Source: a virus (taxonomy: Duplodnaviria; Caudoviricetes). Taken from it: a stretch of 64,000 nucleotides of DNA. Below the pieces are notes generated by a model that made no database searches, was not told where the DNA came from, and worked only from the letters and a program-made list of their open reading frames with translations. Shown in pieces: positions 10,030 to 19,344 of the stretch. How positions within the stretch are numbered: position 1 is the stretch's first letter; every line of letters begins with the position of its first letter. Position numbers and translations under genes: made by a program. The stretch covers positions 1 to 64,000 of IMG/VR virus record IMGVR_UViG_3300037117_000082; one strand, given 5' to 3'.

Positions 10030-11097
10030 TCAGGACAGGTAGAGATAGGCGGTAGTACCTGCAATCAGGTTGCCGCCGCTGACCGTCGCGATTTTGACGG
10101 ACGTGATAGCTGACGTGGACCGCCACGCCACAACCCCGGTCTCGGTGACGCAATCCGCGGTGGCGGCGGCACCGTCAGCGAACCCGGAACGCCAGAAACC
10201 GGTTTTCTGGAAGGTAGTCCCGGTATAGAGGGGGATCGTGATCTCCAGGAGCCCGGCGACCCCGGCCGTCGCCGACGCACCGGGCATATCGCCCACACCG
10301 GTGATGGAGCTGCCAAGCCACCCGGTCTGGCCCGCATGAGCAGCGGCAGAAAGCACGGCGGCGCCGCCGGTCACATGCTCGCCGTCATAATCGGCGTTAG
10401 TGTCCGCGTTGACCACGACGAACCACCGGTCAGACTCGGCCGCAGCCGCCGAGCTGCCGACAACCACGATCCGCAGGAGGCTGTACCCCGAGGGGATGGC
10501 CGAGAACGTGATGTTCGCCGCCGCCGTGCCAAGGGTCTGCGAGGTGACCGGAGTGGACGGGTGGACGTGCCCGGCGTCGGCGGCCTTCCCTGTCGCCCCG
10601 GCGGCGGCGGTTCCGGCGGCCTTGATGTCCCCGGCGGTCCCGTCAAGCTCAACCGCGCCCTGAGCGCTGGTAGTGGCTGCCGGCAGGTCGCCGGAGACGA
10701 TAGTGGCCCACGCGGGAGCGGCGGAAGCGCTCCCGGTACCGGTCTGGGTGAGATACTGCTTCGTCGCCACCGTGCCGCCGGCGAGCCGCGCCGGGGCCGG
10801 GGTGGCGTTCTCGTAGATGATGTCGCCGAGCGTCGTCATCGGGTTAGCGAACCCCGAGGCCGATGCCTGCCAGGTAGCCGCCGAGCCGCTGGTAGCCGTC
10901 AGTACCTGGTTCACTGTCGGCGCCGTAGCTGCCGAGACGACGACGGGCGTCGTCAGGGTGGCCAGCGCGGTCGCGATCCCTGCCGAAACGGGTAGCCCGT
11001 TCTCGTCCACCAATGTGACGGCCTGGACCAGCATCCCAGGCTGAACTTCAACGACCGCGGTAGGCGCTCCCGCGCCCGTGACAAGGCTGCCTGCCAT
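10030..11097 (-). CDS. minor virion/fibre-like protein
   Basis: GGAGG RBS; NPMTTLGDIIY...RL fibre-type repeat; C-terminal ITFSAIPSGY...AITSVKI beta domain. Confidence 0.65.
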   Translation of the reverse strand: MAGSLVTGAGAPTAVVEVQPGMLVQAVTLVDENGLPVSAGIATALATLTTPVVVSAATAPTVNQVLTATSGSAATWQASASGFANPMTTLGDIIYENATPAPARLAGGTVATKQYLTQTGTGSASAAPAWATIVSGDLPAATTSAQGAVELDGTAGDIKAAGTAAAGATGKAADAGHVHPSTPVTSQTLGTAAANITFSAIPSGYSLLRIVVVGSSAAAAESDRWFVVVNADTNADYDGEHVTGGAAVLSAAAHAGQTGWLGSSITGVGDMPGASATAGVAGLLEITIPLYTGTTFQKTGFWRSGFADGAAATADCVTETGVVAWRSTSAITSVKIATVSGGNLIAGTTAYLYLS

Positions 11098-11136
11098 GCA
11101 CCTCCGGGATGTTGGGAACGGGCAGGACAGGCGGCG

Positions 11137-11391
11137 TCAGACGGTGGCGTAGGCCCCGGTGCCGTCCACGACGACCACGGGGAGAACCTTCATGCCGGGC
11201 TGGACCTGGACAGTTGCGTTCGCGGCGCCGGCGCCCGTGACGAGGCCGGCGCCTGCCGTCACTGCGGTCCCGGCGGTGACGAGGGCGCCGGCGAAGCTCA
11301 CCAGCACGACGGGCTTCACGTGCATTCCGGGCTGCACCGCGACGACCGTGCTGGCCGCCCCGGCGCCTGTCACCAGAGTGCCCATGCGCAC
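11137..11391 (-). CDS. small virion protein with two LVTGAGA...VQPGM repeats
   Basis: Internal duplication; the same motif begins 10030..11097. Confidence 0.6.
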   Translation of the reverse strand: MRMGTLVTGAGAASTVVAVQPGMHVKPVVLVSFAGALVTAGTAVTAGAGLVTGAGAANATVQVQPGMKVLPVVVVDGTGAYATV

Positions 11392-11395
11392 CGCC

Positions 11396-13360
11396 TCAGG
11401 CGAGAGTGAGAATGTCGAAGACGCAGGTCGCGCCGTCGGCGGGAGTGGCCGCGCACCAGACCTGCAGGGTTGCCCCGGCCTTCACCACCCACATGCCGCC
11501 CGCGAACAGGGTTGCCGCAGCCGCGTTCACCGGGGTCAGGCTCACCAGGGGAGTCGTCGCGTACGACAGGTTGAACGTGATGATGGCCAGATCCCCGGCA
11601 GAGGTCGCGCTAGCGCCCGTGACGAGCGTGAGGGACATCGCCATGTCATGCCCGGTGATGCTCGCCGAGGCCCCGGACCCGGCGGCGGACTGGACGGCAA
11701 CAGTGGGGGCGCTGCCCTGGGTGACGATGTGGTTGCGGACGAACAGGGGCCCCGTCTGCACGGTCCCGGCACGTCCGAAGAACACGTTCTGCCCTGTCCC
11801 GGAGCCGGTAGCTGCCAGCGTCATCAGCACGGCCGACGACGCGCCGATGTCAGTCCAGACCGCCGTGCCGTCGCTGACCGTACTGCCGTTAGTCGGGAAC
11901 GCCGGCTGGCTGGAGCCTGACGTCCCGGCGGTCGTGCACTGGTAGAGATGGGCGTTGGCCGTTGCCGGGCGCGTCACCTGCCCGGCGGCGTAGGCAAGGG
12001 AAGGCTGCCACGCGAACGCCGTGGAGGGAGTCCACGCCCAGACGATCGAGGTGTTCTGCGGGATGAGCCCGGAGGCGTAGATCCGCTCCCCGATGTCAGC
12101 GGAAGTCCAGGCCGCGGTCAGCGACGTGGCGACATTCGAGCCGCTGATGATGTTCCCGTCCGTGACCTCGGTACCCGGGATTATGTAAGGCGATATAGAC
12201 GGGTAGCCGCCCTGGTACAGGGCAGTCTTCCAGCCGGCCATGTTGCCGTAGTAGTCCTCGCCGTACGCCCCGGTGGAGACGGGGTTGGTGACGACGATGC
12301 CCGGCGTGCGCAGGGTGCTGCGGGAATCGGCAACCGACTGCCGGCCGGCGCTGATCACCGCGTTGCGCTGCGCCGTGGGGTCGAACAGCAGCGGGATGGT
12401 CACAGAGGAGAAACCCTCGATGACCTGATTCTCGGCCGAGTTGGCGTCCAGGCAGATGTAGCCGAGGGAGGCGGTGCCGGGATCGAAAAGGCCGTTCGGC
12501 CCGATGGTGTTCTGCTGGAGATAGGTGCCCTTGATCCCGAACGGGTAGTTCGTGACCTCGATGCAGTTGCCGTAGATGTTGCAGCCCAGCACGGGCAGCG
12601 GGGAAGTGCCGGCCGCCTCGATGCAGGCACCGAGGTACAGGTCCGATCCGCAGGTGGAGGAGACGGTGTTCCCGTAGACCTGGACCCCGTTGGCCGCCGG
12701 GTTCAGCAGGAGCATGCGGCGGATGCCGGTGAAGGAGTTCCGGTAGACGGCCCCGGCGTAGCCCTGGTACTGGGCGGTGTCGCCGGAGCCGGTGCCGGGG
12801 TAGCCGCCGAGCACGATGGCGTCCTGGAAGCAGGACGTGCCCGTGGCCGACCCGGCGAAGGCGTTGTCGTGGATGTTCGGGACCGGGTTAGTGGACTGGT
12901 AGAACGGCACCGGGGAGCCGCCGGAGTCCTGGAACAGGATGCCGCTGATCTCGACTGACCCGGAGTGCTGGAAGTCCATCCTGGCCGCGCCCGCGCCCGC
13001 ATACGACATGGAGACCGTAGTCGCGCCGCCGAAGTACGGGCCGTCATCCGCGATTGCCCCGGCGCCGGTGATCGCCAGCGGCGTGATAACCCCGGCACTG
13101 TAAGTCGTGGCCCACTGGTCAGCGAAGCTGTAAGCGCGCGGCGAGAGCACGATTGTCCCGCCCGCCGGCGAGGCGCCGAAAACGGCGGCGAGGGCACTCG
13201 CCATCTTCTGGTCGTCGGTACCGGTGTAGTCATCCAGGTAGTAGGCGCCCGGTACTGACTGCCCGGCAGGCCCTGGCAGTCCTCCTGGTGAGATGGTTAC
13301 CCCGGCCTGCCCGTTCCCGGCAGGGGAAACGATGAGGGAAGCGGAGTACGGGGTGCTCAC
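11396..13360 (-). CDS. spike/fibre protein with beta-helix and CBM-like module
   Basis: GTDD...LAA...GGTIVL beta-helix start, Asn-ladder repeats, AWQPSLAYAAGQV...YQCTTAGTSG module. Confidence 0.65.
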   Translation of the reverse strand: MSTPYSASLIVSPAGNGQAGVTISPGGLPGPAGQSVPGAYYLDDYTGTDDQKMASALAAVFGASPAGGTIVLSPRAYSFADQWATTYSAGVITPLAITGAGAIADDGPYFGGATTVSMSYAGAGAARMDFQHSGSVEISGILFQDSGGSPVPFYQSTNPVPNIHDNAFAGSATGTSCFQDAIVLGGYPGTGSGDTAQYQGYAGAVYRNSFTGIRRMLLLNPAANGVQVYGNTVSSTCGSDLYLGACIEAAGTSPLPVLGCNIYGNCIEVTNYPFGIKGTYLQQNTIGPNGLFDPGTASLGYICLDANSAENQVIEGFSSVTIPLLFDPTAQRNAVISAGRQSVADSRSTLRTPGIVVTNPVSTGAYGEDYYGNMAGWKTALYQGGYPSISPYIIPGTEVTDGNIISGSNVATSLTAAWTSADIGERIYASGLIPQNTSIVWAWTPSTAFAWQPSLAYAAGQVTRPATANAHLYQCTTAGTSGSSQPAFPTNGSTVSDGTAVWTDIGASSAVLMTLAATGSGTGQNVFFGRAGTVQTGPLFVRNHIVTQGSAPTVAVQSAAGSGASASITGHDMAMSLTLVTGASATSAGDLAIITFNLSYATTPLVSLTPVNAAAATLFAGGMWVVKAGATLQVWCAATPADGATCVFDILTLA

Positions 13361-13373
13361 GACCGCCTCCCGC

Positions 13374-13763
13374 TCACGGCTGAGGCGTCCCTAGGATCAG
13401 CAGATTGCCCGTGAACCAGGCGAATGCGTTGACGGTTGAGGGGTTCTGCCATAGCGAATGCCAGTACGTCCCCGGCGTCAGGGCCGCCGTCGCTGCCGGG
13501 TAGATCGACAGGAGCGCCCGGGAAACCGATGCGGTACTGGTGATCGTGATGACGCCCGAGGTGTTCGCCGTGGTGGTGATGGAGAACACGGGACTGCTCA
13601 CGTCGGTGGCGGTGTTTCTACAGACATATTCCCAGGTATTGCCCGTTATCGGCCACGGCGCGGAAGTGGCCGGGGAGTTGATGACGAAGTTGCAGGCGAG
13701 TTCCTGCAATGATCCCGCCGCCATGCGGTAGGTGAATTGCGGGTATGCATCCTGGTAGGCCAC
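13374..13763 (-). CDS. BppU-like adaptor/virion protein
   Basis: PITG.TW...IYPAATAALTPGTYWHSL...GNL pattern. Confidence 0.5.
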   Translation of the reverse strand: MAYQDAYPQFTYRMAAGSLQELACNFVINSPATSAPWPITGNTWEYVCRNTATDVSSPVFSITTTANTSGVITITSTASVSRALLSIYPAATAALTPGTYWHSLWQNPSTVNAFAWFTGNLLILGTPQP

Positions 13764-13773
13764 GGCTCACCGC

Positions 13774-16700
13774 CTACCCGTCATGCGTGGCCCGGAGGTG
13801 TTCCCATTCCTCGTGCGTGCGCTCGCTGGCAGCCGCTACCTCTGGCGTGACGTGACGGTGCGGTCCCCATTCCAGGTTCCCGTGCCGCCAGCGCTCCACC
13901 GCCGCGACCGCCATCGCGATGGCCTCGCTTTCCGGGACGCCGTGGTCGCGCTCGATCGCCGCCGCGATGTTTTGCACGTATGCGGGCAACTGCTGACGTT
14001 CCGGCACCTTCTTGCTCGGCGTGTGCCACAGTCCCTCATGCCCGAGCGGGTGATGCACGGTGGACAGGTACGGGGTGGCGGCCGACTTGCCGACATCGCC
14101 GAAGGGGAAGTGCTTCACGTCCTCGCCGCGATGCACGCTCAGGTGAGTGAAAGTCACCGGCATGTGCGGCAGGGGGTCCGGCAGCGGGTCGCCTTCTTCG
14201 AGGTACGCGATAGTGCAGTGCGGCTTGTAGCCGTGCTCGCGTGCCTTCGCGTCCGGTGACTGGAGTTCAGCCAGCGCCTCATGCAGCGACTCGGCACCGG
14301 GCAGGTTCACGCCAGCCCAGACCGGCACCCCGTCATCACCGGCAGGGAACGAGCCGATGCCGCCGATGGTCCCGGACAGCGGCTGCGTGGCCGCCGCTAC
14401 CCTGCGCGCCATGACGCACGCGAGGCTGAATGCGTCATCATCCACGTCCGGGCCAAGGTAAACCACGGTCACATGGTGATCAGTGATACCGCCCGGCAGG
14501 GGCTCGATCAGCCCTTCCGGCAGGTCCAGGGAGATCATGCCCGACCGCTTGCTGAGGCTGTAGCCGCGCGCCTCTTTCGGTGCGTCCTGGCCCCGCAGGT
14601 CATACGGCGCGAGGCCGTGCACCGAGCCGTCGCCGAGGTTCGCCGCCGTGAAGTTCTTCGTGGAGCGCCCGTCGTCGCCCGCGCCCGGCTTCTGGTCGCT
14701 GAATTGCGAGCTGTGAGTTTCCTCGGCCAGCTTCGCGCCTGCTGCAGTGACCTTGCCCACGTAGGCGACGACGGGACGATCTAGTTCCCTGAACGCGAGG
14801 GCACGGTGATGCCCGTCGATCACGATCAGGTGCGTTCCGGGCTTCGTGTCCGGCCGGTCGATGAGGACGGCCGGCTTGACCGGCCGGCCTGCCGCCTGCC
14901 GGCGCTCGATCTTGGCCTTGAAGCGATCGACCTTGGCGTCCTCGTGGCCGGCCTGCCACTTGTCCGGGGTGTACTCGATCGCGCTGAGCGGGACCTCTTG
15001 CGGGCCGGTCCAGGTAGCGTCCTTTACCCAGGTCAGCGCCGAGGCGGGGTAGTCCTCCAGCAGTTGCGCGTAGACCTGCTCAGCGACAGGGAGAGACGTG
15101 TCCGGGTGCTTCCAGGGTTTGTCGGCCTTGGTAAGGTGCACTGCGGCCGGGGTTCCGTAGGTTGCGGGTTCGAGTCCCGCCTCGCCATCCATGGTTGGCG
15201 GGTAGCTCAATGGGCCCCCATGGACGGGTCCTTGGTAGAGCAGCGGAGCCCCGGCCGCCTTCGCAGTCCCCGGCGCGGGAGGCGCAACACCCTGCTTCGG
15301 CGGATCGCTCGGAGCCAGCCAGCAACGACATCCTGGATGCTGGCACGGCTGGGCGACCCCGCCGGGGAACAGGCTCCCCAGCGGAACCGGGCCGGCGTCC
15401 TGGTTGGCCATGCAGCGGGCGCAGACCCTTGAGTCGTTACGGGTGTGCCAGCGGACGTAACTCACGCCTAGCTCGGTGTAGACCCCGAAGGCCCCGTCCG
15501 CGATGGCCTTCTCGATCTCCGTCAGGGCGATCAGCCCGGCGCGGTTCTCAGCGTTAAGGAACGCATCCAGCAGCGCCAGCAGCGCCCCAACGGTGACCGC
15601 GCCGCCGAGGAGCAGCTTCATGAGCGCGACGGTGAACCCGGCGAGCCCGGTGCCGGCCATCTGCCTTACCGCGGCCTGCTGAGCGATCTGGGACGTGTCC
15701 GCCTGCTGCGCCGCCGCGATCCCCTGCCGCTGCCGTGCGGAGGCTCCTGCTGCCTGCATGGCCGCTGCCCGGCCCAGTTCCCGGCCCTCCGCGTGCAAGG
15801 GGGCCAGGATGAGCGCGAGCCGTTGCCGGATCAGGTCCGCGATCATCGACGCGAGAACCGCCGCCGTGACGGCGAGGGTTCCGGCGAGGAACGCCGCGAA
15901 CAGCTTTCCCGCCTCGGTCATCACCGAGGAGAACGCGGCCCCGATCTGCTGCTCGTACTTGGCCGCTAGCTGGAGGTCGTGCTCCCAGGCGAGCCACGCC
16001 TGCCGCTGCTGGCCGCCGCTAGCGGCCCGCGATTTTGGGAGCGCCCGCCTCGCCTCGGTGAGCACCTCGGCGATGCCTATGCCCTTCGTCACGTCCTCGG
16101 TGATCATGGCCATGACGTGACCGGGGATATGGACCGGCTGCCAGGTAGCGGGGTCGCGGCCCTTCCTGACGTGCCTGCCCAGCGCGTCCAGCTCGCTCAG
16201 CGCGGCCTTGGAGCTGCCGCTGCCGAGGAACGGTGGCGGCCCGCAGTTCGGGCAGCCCTGGACGTGCAGGGCCTGATCCCGGAACACTTCCTCGCACCAG
16301 GGAGATCCCTTTGCCTCGGCCTCGGGCACCCGGTAGCCATCGCAGCGGTAGCACTCGTGGCCCGTCTCGTGCTCGCCGGCGCCGCCGCAGCAGGCACAGG
16401 GCGCGAGGGCAGCCAGGGCTTCCTTGCTCAGCGACGCGGCGTCCGGCGCGGTCAGGATCTCCGCGAGGACATGATCCGCCGGCCTTGGGGCGGCAGGCTC
16501 CGCGATGGCCTTGAGCATCATCCGCGACCCGATCGCCGTCACCGCGTGGGCGGCGTAGCTGCGGGGCAGGCTGCATTTCACGCACGCGGACTGGTCACCG
16601 GGGACGTACGGCTCGTAACGGTGCAGCCCGTCCGGGTCGCTCGCTGCCGCCTTCGAGGACGAGCCCGAGACCGCCGCCGCTGCCTCCGCCGCTCCCGCGA

Positions 16701-18414
16701 TCGCCGCCGAATGCGACGGTGTCGGGTCACGGTCCGGCTGAGCCGGGGGGACATGCGTGGTGCCCGGCATGTGCCCCTGCGCCAGCGCGGGCCTGCCGCT
16801 GACCTGTCCCTCGTTCGCGCCGGGTGATCCGCCGGCGGAGCCGCCCTGCGCGCCCTGCATCTGCTGCGTCACCGATGGCAGCCCGGCGAGCTGCCCGCCC
16901 GGCTGGCCCGTCGCCGGGTCCACGGAGCCCAGCAGCATGACCCCGTTCGCGGATGCCCACAGCGGGTCCTGGGTGACGGGCAGGCCCCACGGGTCCAGGC
17001 CCAGGACGCCACGGCCCTCGTCCACCGAACGCAGGCCGGTGCCGATCTGCGTTCCCAGCAGGCCCGTCAGGGAGACCTCGTCCTCGTCCTCTTCCAGGCC
17101 CTCGAACAGGAACTGCATGTCCGTCTGCCCGCAGGCAACCTGGATGACCTTGTCCAGCAGTCCCTGCTTGAGGAACTGGAGCATCGGGACGAGGGACTTG
17201 CGCTGGTGGCGCGCGGCATCGGCCTTGCTGGCCTGGTTCATCGCGCTAGGACTTTGAACCGTAGCAACCTGGGGCATCAGGCCCAGTTCGGTAGGCTGGA
17301 CCTGAAATGCCATGCAGACCTCAGTTGACACGATCATGTCGAACTGGTCCGCCAGCTCGGGCGGCTTCTGCGGCATCACCTTGGAGCCAGGGGGGAGCAC
17401 GACGATCTGGTGCTTCATCCCCACGTCGCCGGCGATGACGTTCAATGCCGTTTCCAGATCGCGGATCTGGGATGCCGTCATGGCCGCGTCGCCGGGGGAG
17501 ACGAACAGGCCGGGGATGCTTCCCGAGCGGTAGTAGTCGAGCTGGTAGCCCTGCTTGGAGAGCCCGGACATTACCGGGACAAGGGCCTGCTCAATGGGCG
17601 GGCTGCCGTAGGGCCGGTTCGCCGCGCGGGTGTACGGCAGGTAGAGGAGCTGGTCGCCGCGGTAGTCCTGCACCTTGGTTTTCCGCAGGTCATCCGACAG
17701 GTCCGCGTCGCACATGATCGAAATGTTGTCCGTGCGCGGAATGCCGTAAATGTACTGTTCGTAGGCTGGCGAGGGGGGTGTCGGGCGCGATCCGTGCAAA
17801 TCGACCAAAGGCCGGAAACTGGACCCGTCGATGATCTCTAGCGCCGACAGGTCAGACCCCATGAGGCCGCGCCCGCGCACCCTTGACGGACGTAGGTACA
17901 CGCTTGCGGCGTCAATGGCGTATATGTCCTCCAGGAGGGTATCCAGCCAAGACGACCACGAGCCGTACTCAGGGTCCGGGTTCTTGAAGAACCTGATGCA
18001 CTCGCTGCGGCGCTCCCCGAAGTCCCGCATGGCCTTGTGATCGCCGCGCATCGCCTTCGCCGCGTCCTTCGTGGGAACAATGTCCCACTCCAGGGCGCGG
18101 ATTTCGGACTTGAGTAGCTGGATGCAGGCCCGCGCGACCGAGTAGAGCTGCGCGAGTGACCGCAAGGTGCCGAAATCGGTAAGAGTGACACCTTCGGTAC
18201 GAGGCAGTGATCTGGGTATATTCCACCCGAAAGGGTACTGCCAGCGTCGCGGCATCGGCCGGTCGAAGCCATCCGGCGGCTGGTCGATCGGGATCGGGTC
18301 AAGGGGCGAGAGCGGGCCGAACGAGCCGTCAGTGAAGTCCGCGGCCGGGCGCGGGAGGGCGGACCCGTAGCCGCCTCCCCAGGCGTCGCCCATCGCGGCA
18401 ACGGCGGGAGACAT
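13774..18414 (-). CDS. portal polyprotein: portal + MuF minor head + ParB-like + 2H phosphoesterase + C-terminal domain
   Basis: Portal (VARACIQ, YGSPPIEQ, VCMAFQVQPTELG, VDEGRGVLGLDP); MuF (WHTRNDSRVCARC...QHPGCRC); VIDGHHR; HVT/HCT 2H motifs; LPAYVQNIA...AVERW domain. Confidence 0.88.
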   Translation of the reverse strand: MSPAVAAMGDAWGGGYGSALPRPAADFTDGSFGPLSPLDPIPIDQPPDGFDRPMPRRWQYPFGWNIPRSLPRTEGVTLTDFGTLRSLAQLYSVARACIQLLKSEIRALEWDIVPTKDAAKAMRGDHKAMRDFGERRSECIRFFKNPDPEYGSWSSWLDTLLEDIYAIDAASVYLRPSRVRGRGLMGSDLSALEIIDGSSFRPLVDLHGSRPTPPSPAYEQYIYGIPRTDNISIMCDADLSDDLRKTKVQDYRGDQLLYLPYTRAANRPYGSPPIEQALVPVMSGLSKQGYQLDYYRSGSIPGLFVSPGDAAMTASQIRDLETALNVIAGDVGMKHQIVVLPPGSKVMPQKPPELADQFDMIVSTEVCMAFQVQPTELGLMPQVATVQSPSAMNQASKADAARHQRKSLVPMLQFLKQGLLDKVIQVACGQTDMQFLFEGLEEDEDEVSLTGLLGTQIGTGLRSVDEGRGVLGLDPWGLPVTQDPLWASANGVMLLGSVDPATGQPGGQLAGLPSVTQQMQGAQGGSAGGSPGANEGQVSGRPALAQGHMPGTTHVPPAQPDRDPTPSHSAAIAGAAEAAAAVSGSSSKAAASDPDGLHRYEPYVPGDQSACVKCSLPRSYAAHAVTAIGSRMMLKAIAEPAAPRPADHVLAEILTAPDAASLSKEALAALAPCACCGGAGEHETGHECYRCDGYRVPEAEAKGSPWCEEVFRDQALHVQGCPNCGPPPFLGSGSSKAALSELDALGRHVRKGRDPATWQPVHIPGHVMAMITEDVTKGIGIAEVLTEARRALPKSRAASGGQQRQAWLAWEHDLQLAAKYEQQIGAAFSSVMTEAGKLFAAFLAGTLAVTAAVLASMIADLIRQRLALILAPLHAEGRELGRAAAMQAAGASARQRQGIAAAQQADTSQIAQQAAVRQMAGTGLAGFTVALMKLLLGGAVTVGALLALLDAFLNAENRAGLIALTEIEKAIADGAFGVYTELGVSYVRWHTRNDSRVCARCMANQDAGPVPLGSLFPGGVAQPCQHPGCRCWLAPSDPPKQGVAPPAPGTAKAAGAPLLYQGPVHGGPLSYPPTMDGEAGLEPATYGTPAAVHLTKADKPWKHPDTSLPVAEQVYAQLLEDYPASALTWVKDATWTGPQEVPLSAIEYTPDKWQAGHEDAKVDRFKAKIERRQAAGRPVKPAVLIDRPDTKPGTHLIVIDGHHRALAFRELDRPVVAYVGKVTAAGAKLAEETHSSQFSDQKPGAGDDGRSTKNFTAANLGDGSVHGLAPYDLRGQDAPKEARGYSLSKRSGMISLDLPEGLIEPLPGGITDHHVTVVYLGPDVDDDAFSLACVMARRVAAATQPLSGTIGGIGSFPAGDDGVPVWAGVNLPGAESLHEALAELQSPDAKAREHGYKPHCTIAYLEEGDPLPDPLPHMPVTFTHLSVHRGEDVKHFPFGDVGKSAATPYLSTVHHPLGHEGLWHTPSKKVPERQQLPAYVQNIAAAIERDHGVPESEAIAMAVAAVERWRHGNLEWGPHRHVTPEVAAASERTHEEWEHLRATHDG
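15143..15258 (+). ncRNA. circularly permuted tRNA-like RNA (YrlA/Y-RNA-like topology), antisense within portal gene
   Basis: 16-bp closing stem 15143-58/15243-58; T arm GCGGG-TTCGAGT-CCCGC; acceptor CTCGCCA/TGGCGGG closed by a loop; D arm TA-GCTC-AAT..TTGGTA-GAGC. Confidence 0.7.
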
Positions 18415-18508
18415 GGCGCTCTGGGGCGCCGGCTGTGCCCTTGCGGCCTTGGCTGCCTGGATTATGGCCGAAGCTGAAGCGATGCAACCACCGCCTCAAG
18501 CCGTTAGG

Positions 18509-18742
18509 TCAGGCCGGTGACGACTGCCACTCGAAGCGCAGGTCAGCGAAGCCGTGGGAGGCAAGGTGATCGTTCAGCGACTTCCTGATCGCCGCCGTGC
18601 GCGCAGGCAGTACCACGTCGCGGAACCCTGCCGTAGTGCCATCCCAGGGCGGGTCAGCATAGCCGTCCGGGTAGCCGTAATGCCAGTCGCAGTCATTGCC
18701 GAAGGGGCAGGCGCTGATGCGGTGCGGGCTGTCGTTGCTCAC
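18509..18742 (-). CDS. hypothetical protein
   Basis: Overlapping start/stop with upstream gene; CP..C..H motif. Confidence 0.5.
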   Translation of the reverse strand: MSNDSPHRISACPFGNDCDWHYGYPDGYADPPWDGTTAGFRDVVLPARTAAIRKSLNDHLASHGFADLRFEWQSSPA

Positions 18743-19200
18743 AGCCCCTCCGGTTCGGGAATGGCCTCGGCCTCATCCTTCGTGAGCAGCCGGTCACGGA
18801 ACTCAGCGGCGATGAACTCGGCCGGGATAGGCCCCACGCTCGCTATCTCGCCGCCGGGGTTGGCGCCGATAACGTGGCTGCGGGTGATGGCCGCCGCGAA
18901 CGTGGGGGCCTGCACGATGGCCACCCCGAGGAACTGGCTTCCGGCAGGGCGGTCCGTGTCGCAGAACGACAGCCACCACAGCGGGTCGCCGGGGTCCGGC
19001 TCGTACTTGCCTAGCTCGGCGTCCCAGGGGATGCGCATGGGCCGGCCGGCGGAGTTGATGGCGTAGTGGTCGTCCCCGATGCCGAGGCCGAGCAGGGCTT
19101 CCAGTTCCGGCCCCTCAATGATGACCGGCTCACCCACGGAGACGATCTTGACGTCATCCGGCACGGACGGCCAGCCTGCGCGCTTGCGGCGGCTTTTCAT
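18739..19200 (-). CDS. hypothetical protein
   Basis: WWLSFCD...FLGVAIV...GANPGGE recurrent phage-protein pattern. Confidence 0.6.
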   Translation of the reverse strand: MKSRRKRAGWPSVPDDVKIVSVGEPVIIEGPELEALLGLGIGDDHYAINSAGRPMRIPWDAELGKYEPDPGDPLWWLSFCDTDRPAGSQFLGVAIVQAPTFAAAITRSHVIGANPGGEIASVGPIPAEFIAAEFRDRLLTKDEAEAIPEPEGL

Positions 19201-19344
19201 CCGCCCATCATGCCTCAGACGGGACTCCCGGCGGCTCAGGCGGCGGCCAGGGCTTCCCGCAGCCCGGACAAATCCACGGCGCGGCGATCCCCTGATGACA
19301 CTTCCAGCCGCAGCAGGAGATGGTTACCTGCGCAGCGGAGCCGT

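Noticed and set aside
15143-15258. Ordinary tRNA gene
   Set aside because: The halves are in reverse order and there is no anticodon loop, so it is reported as a permuted mimic instead.
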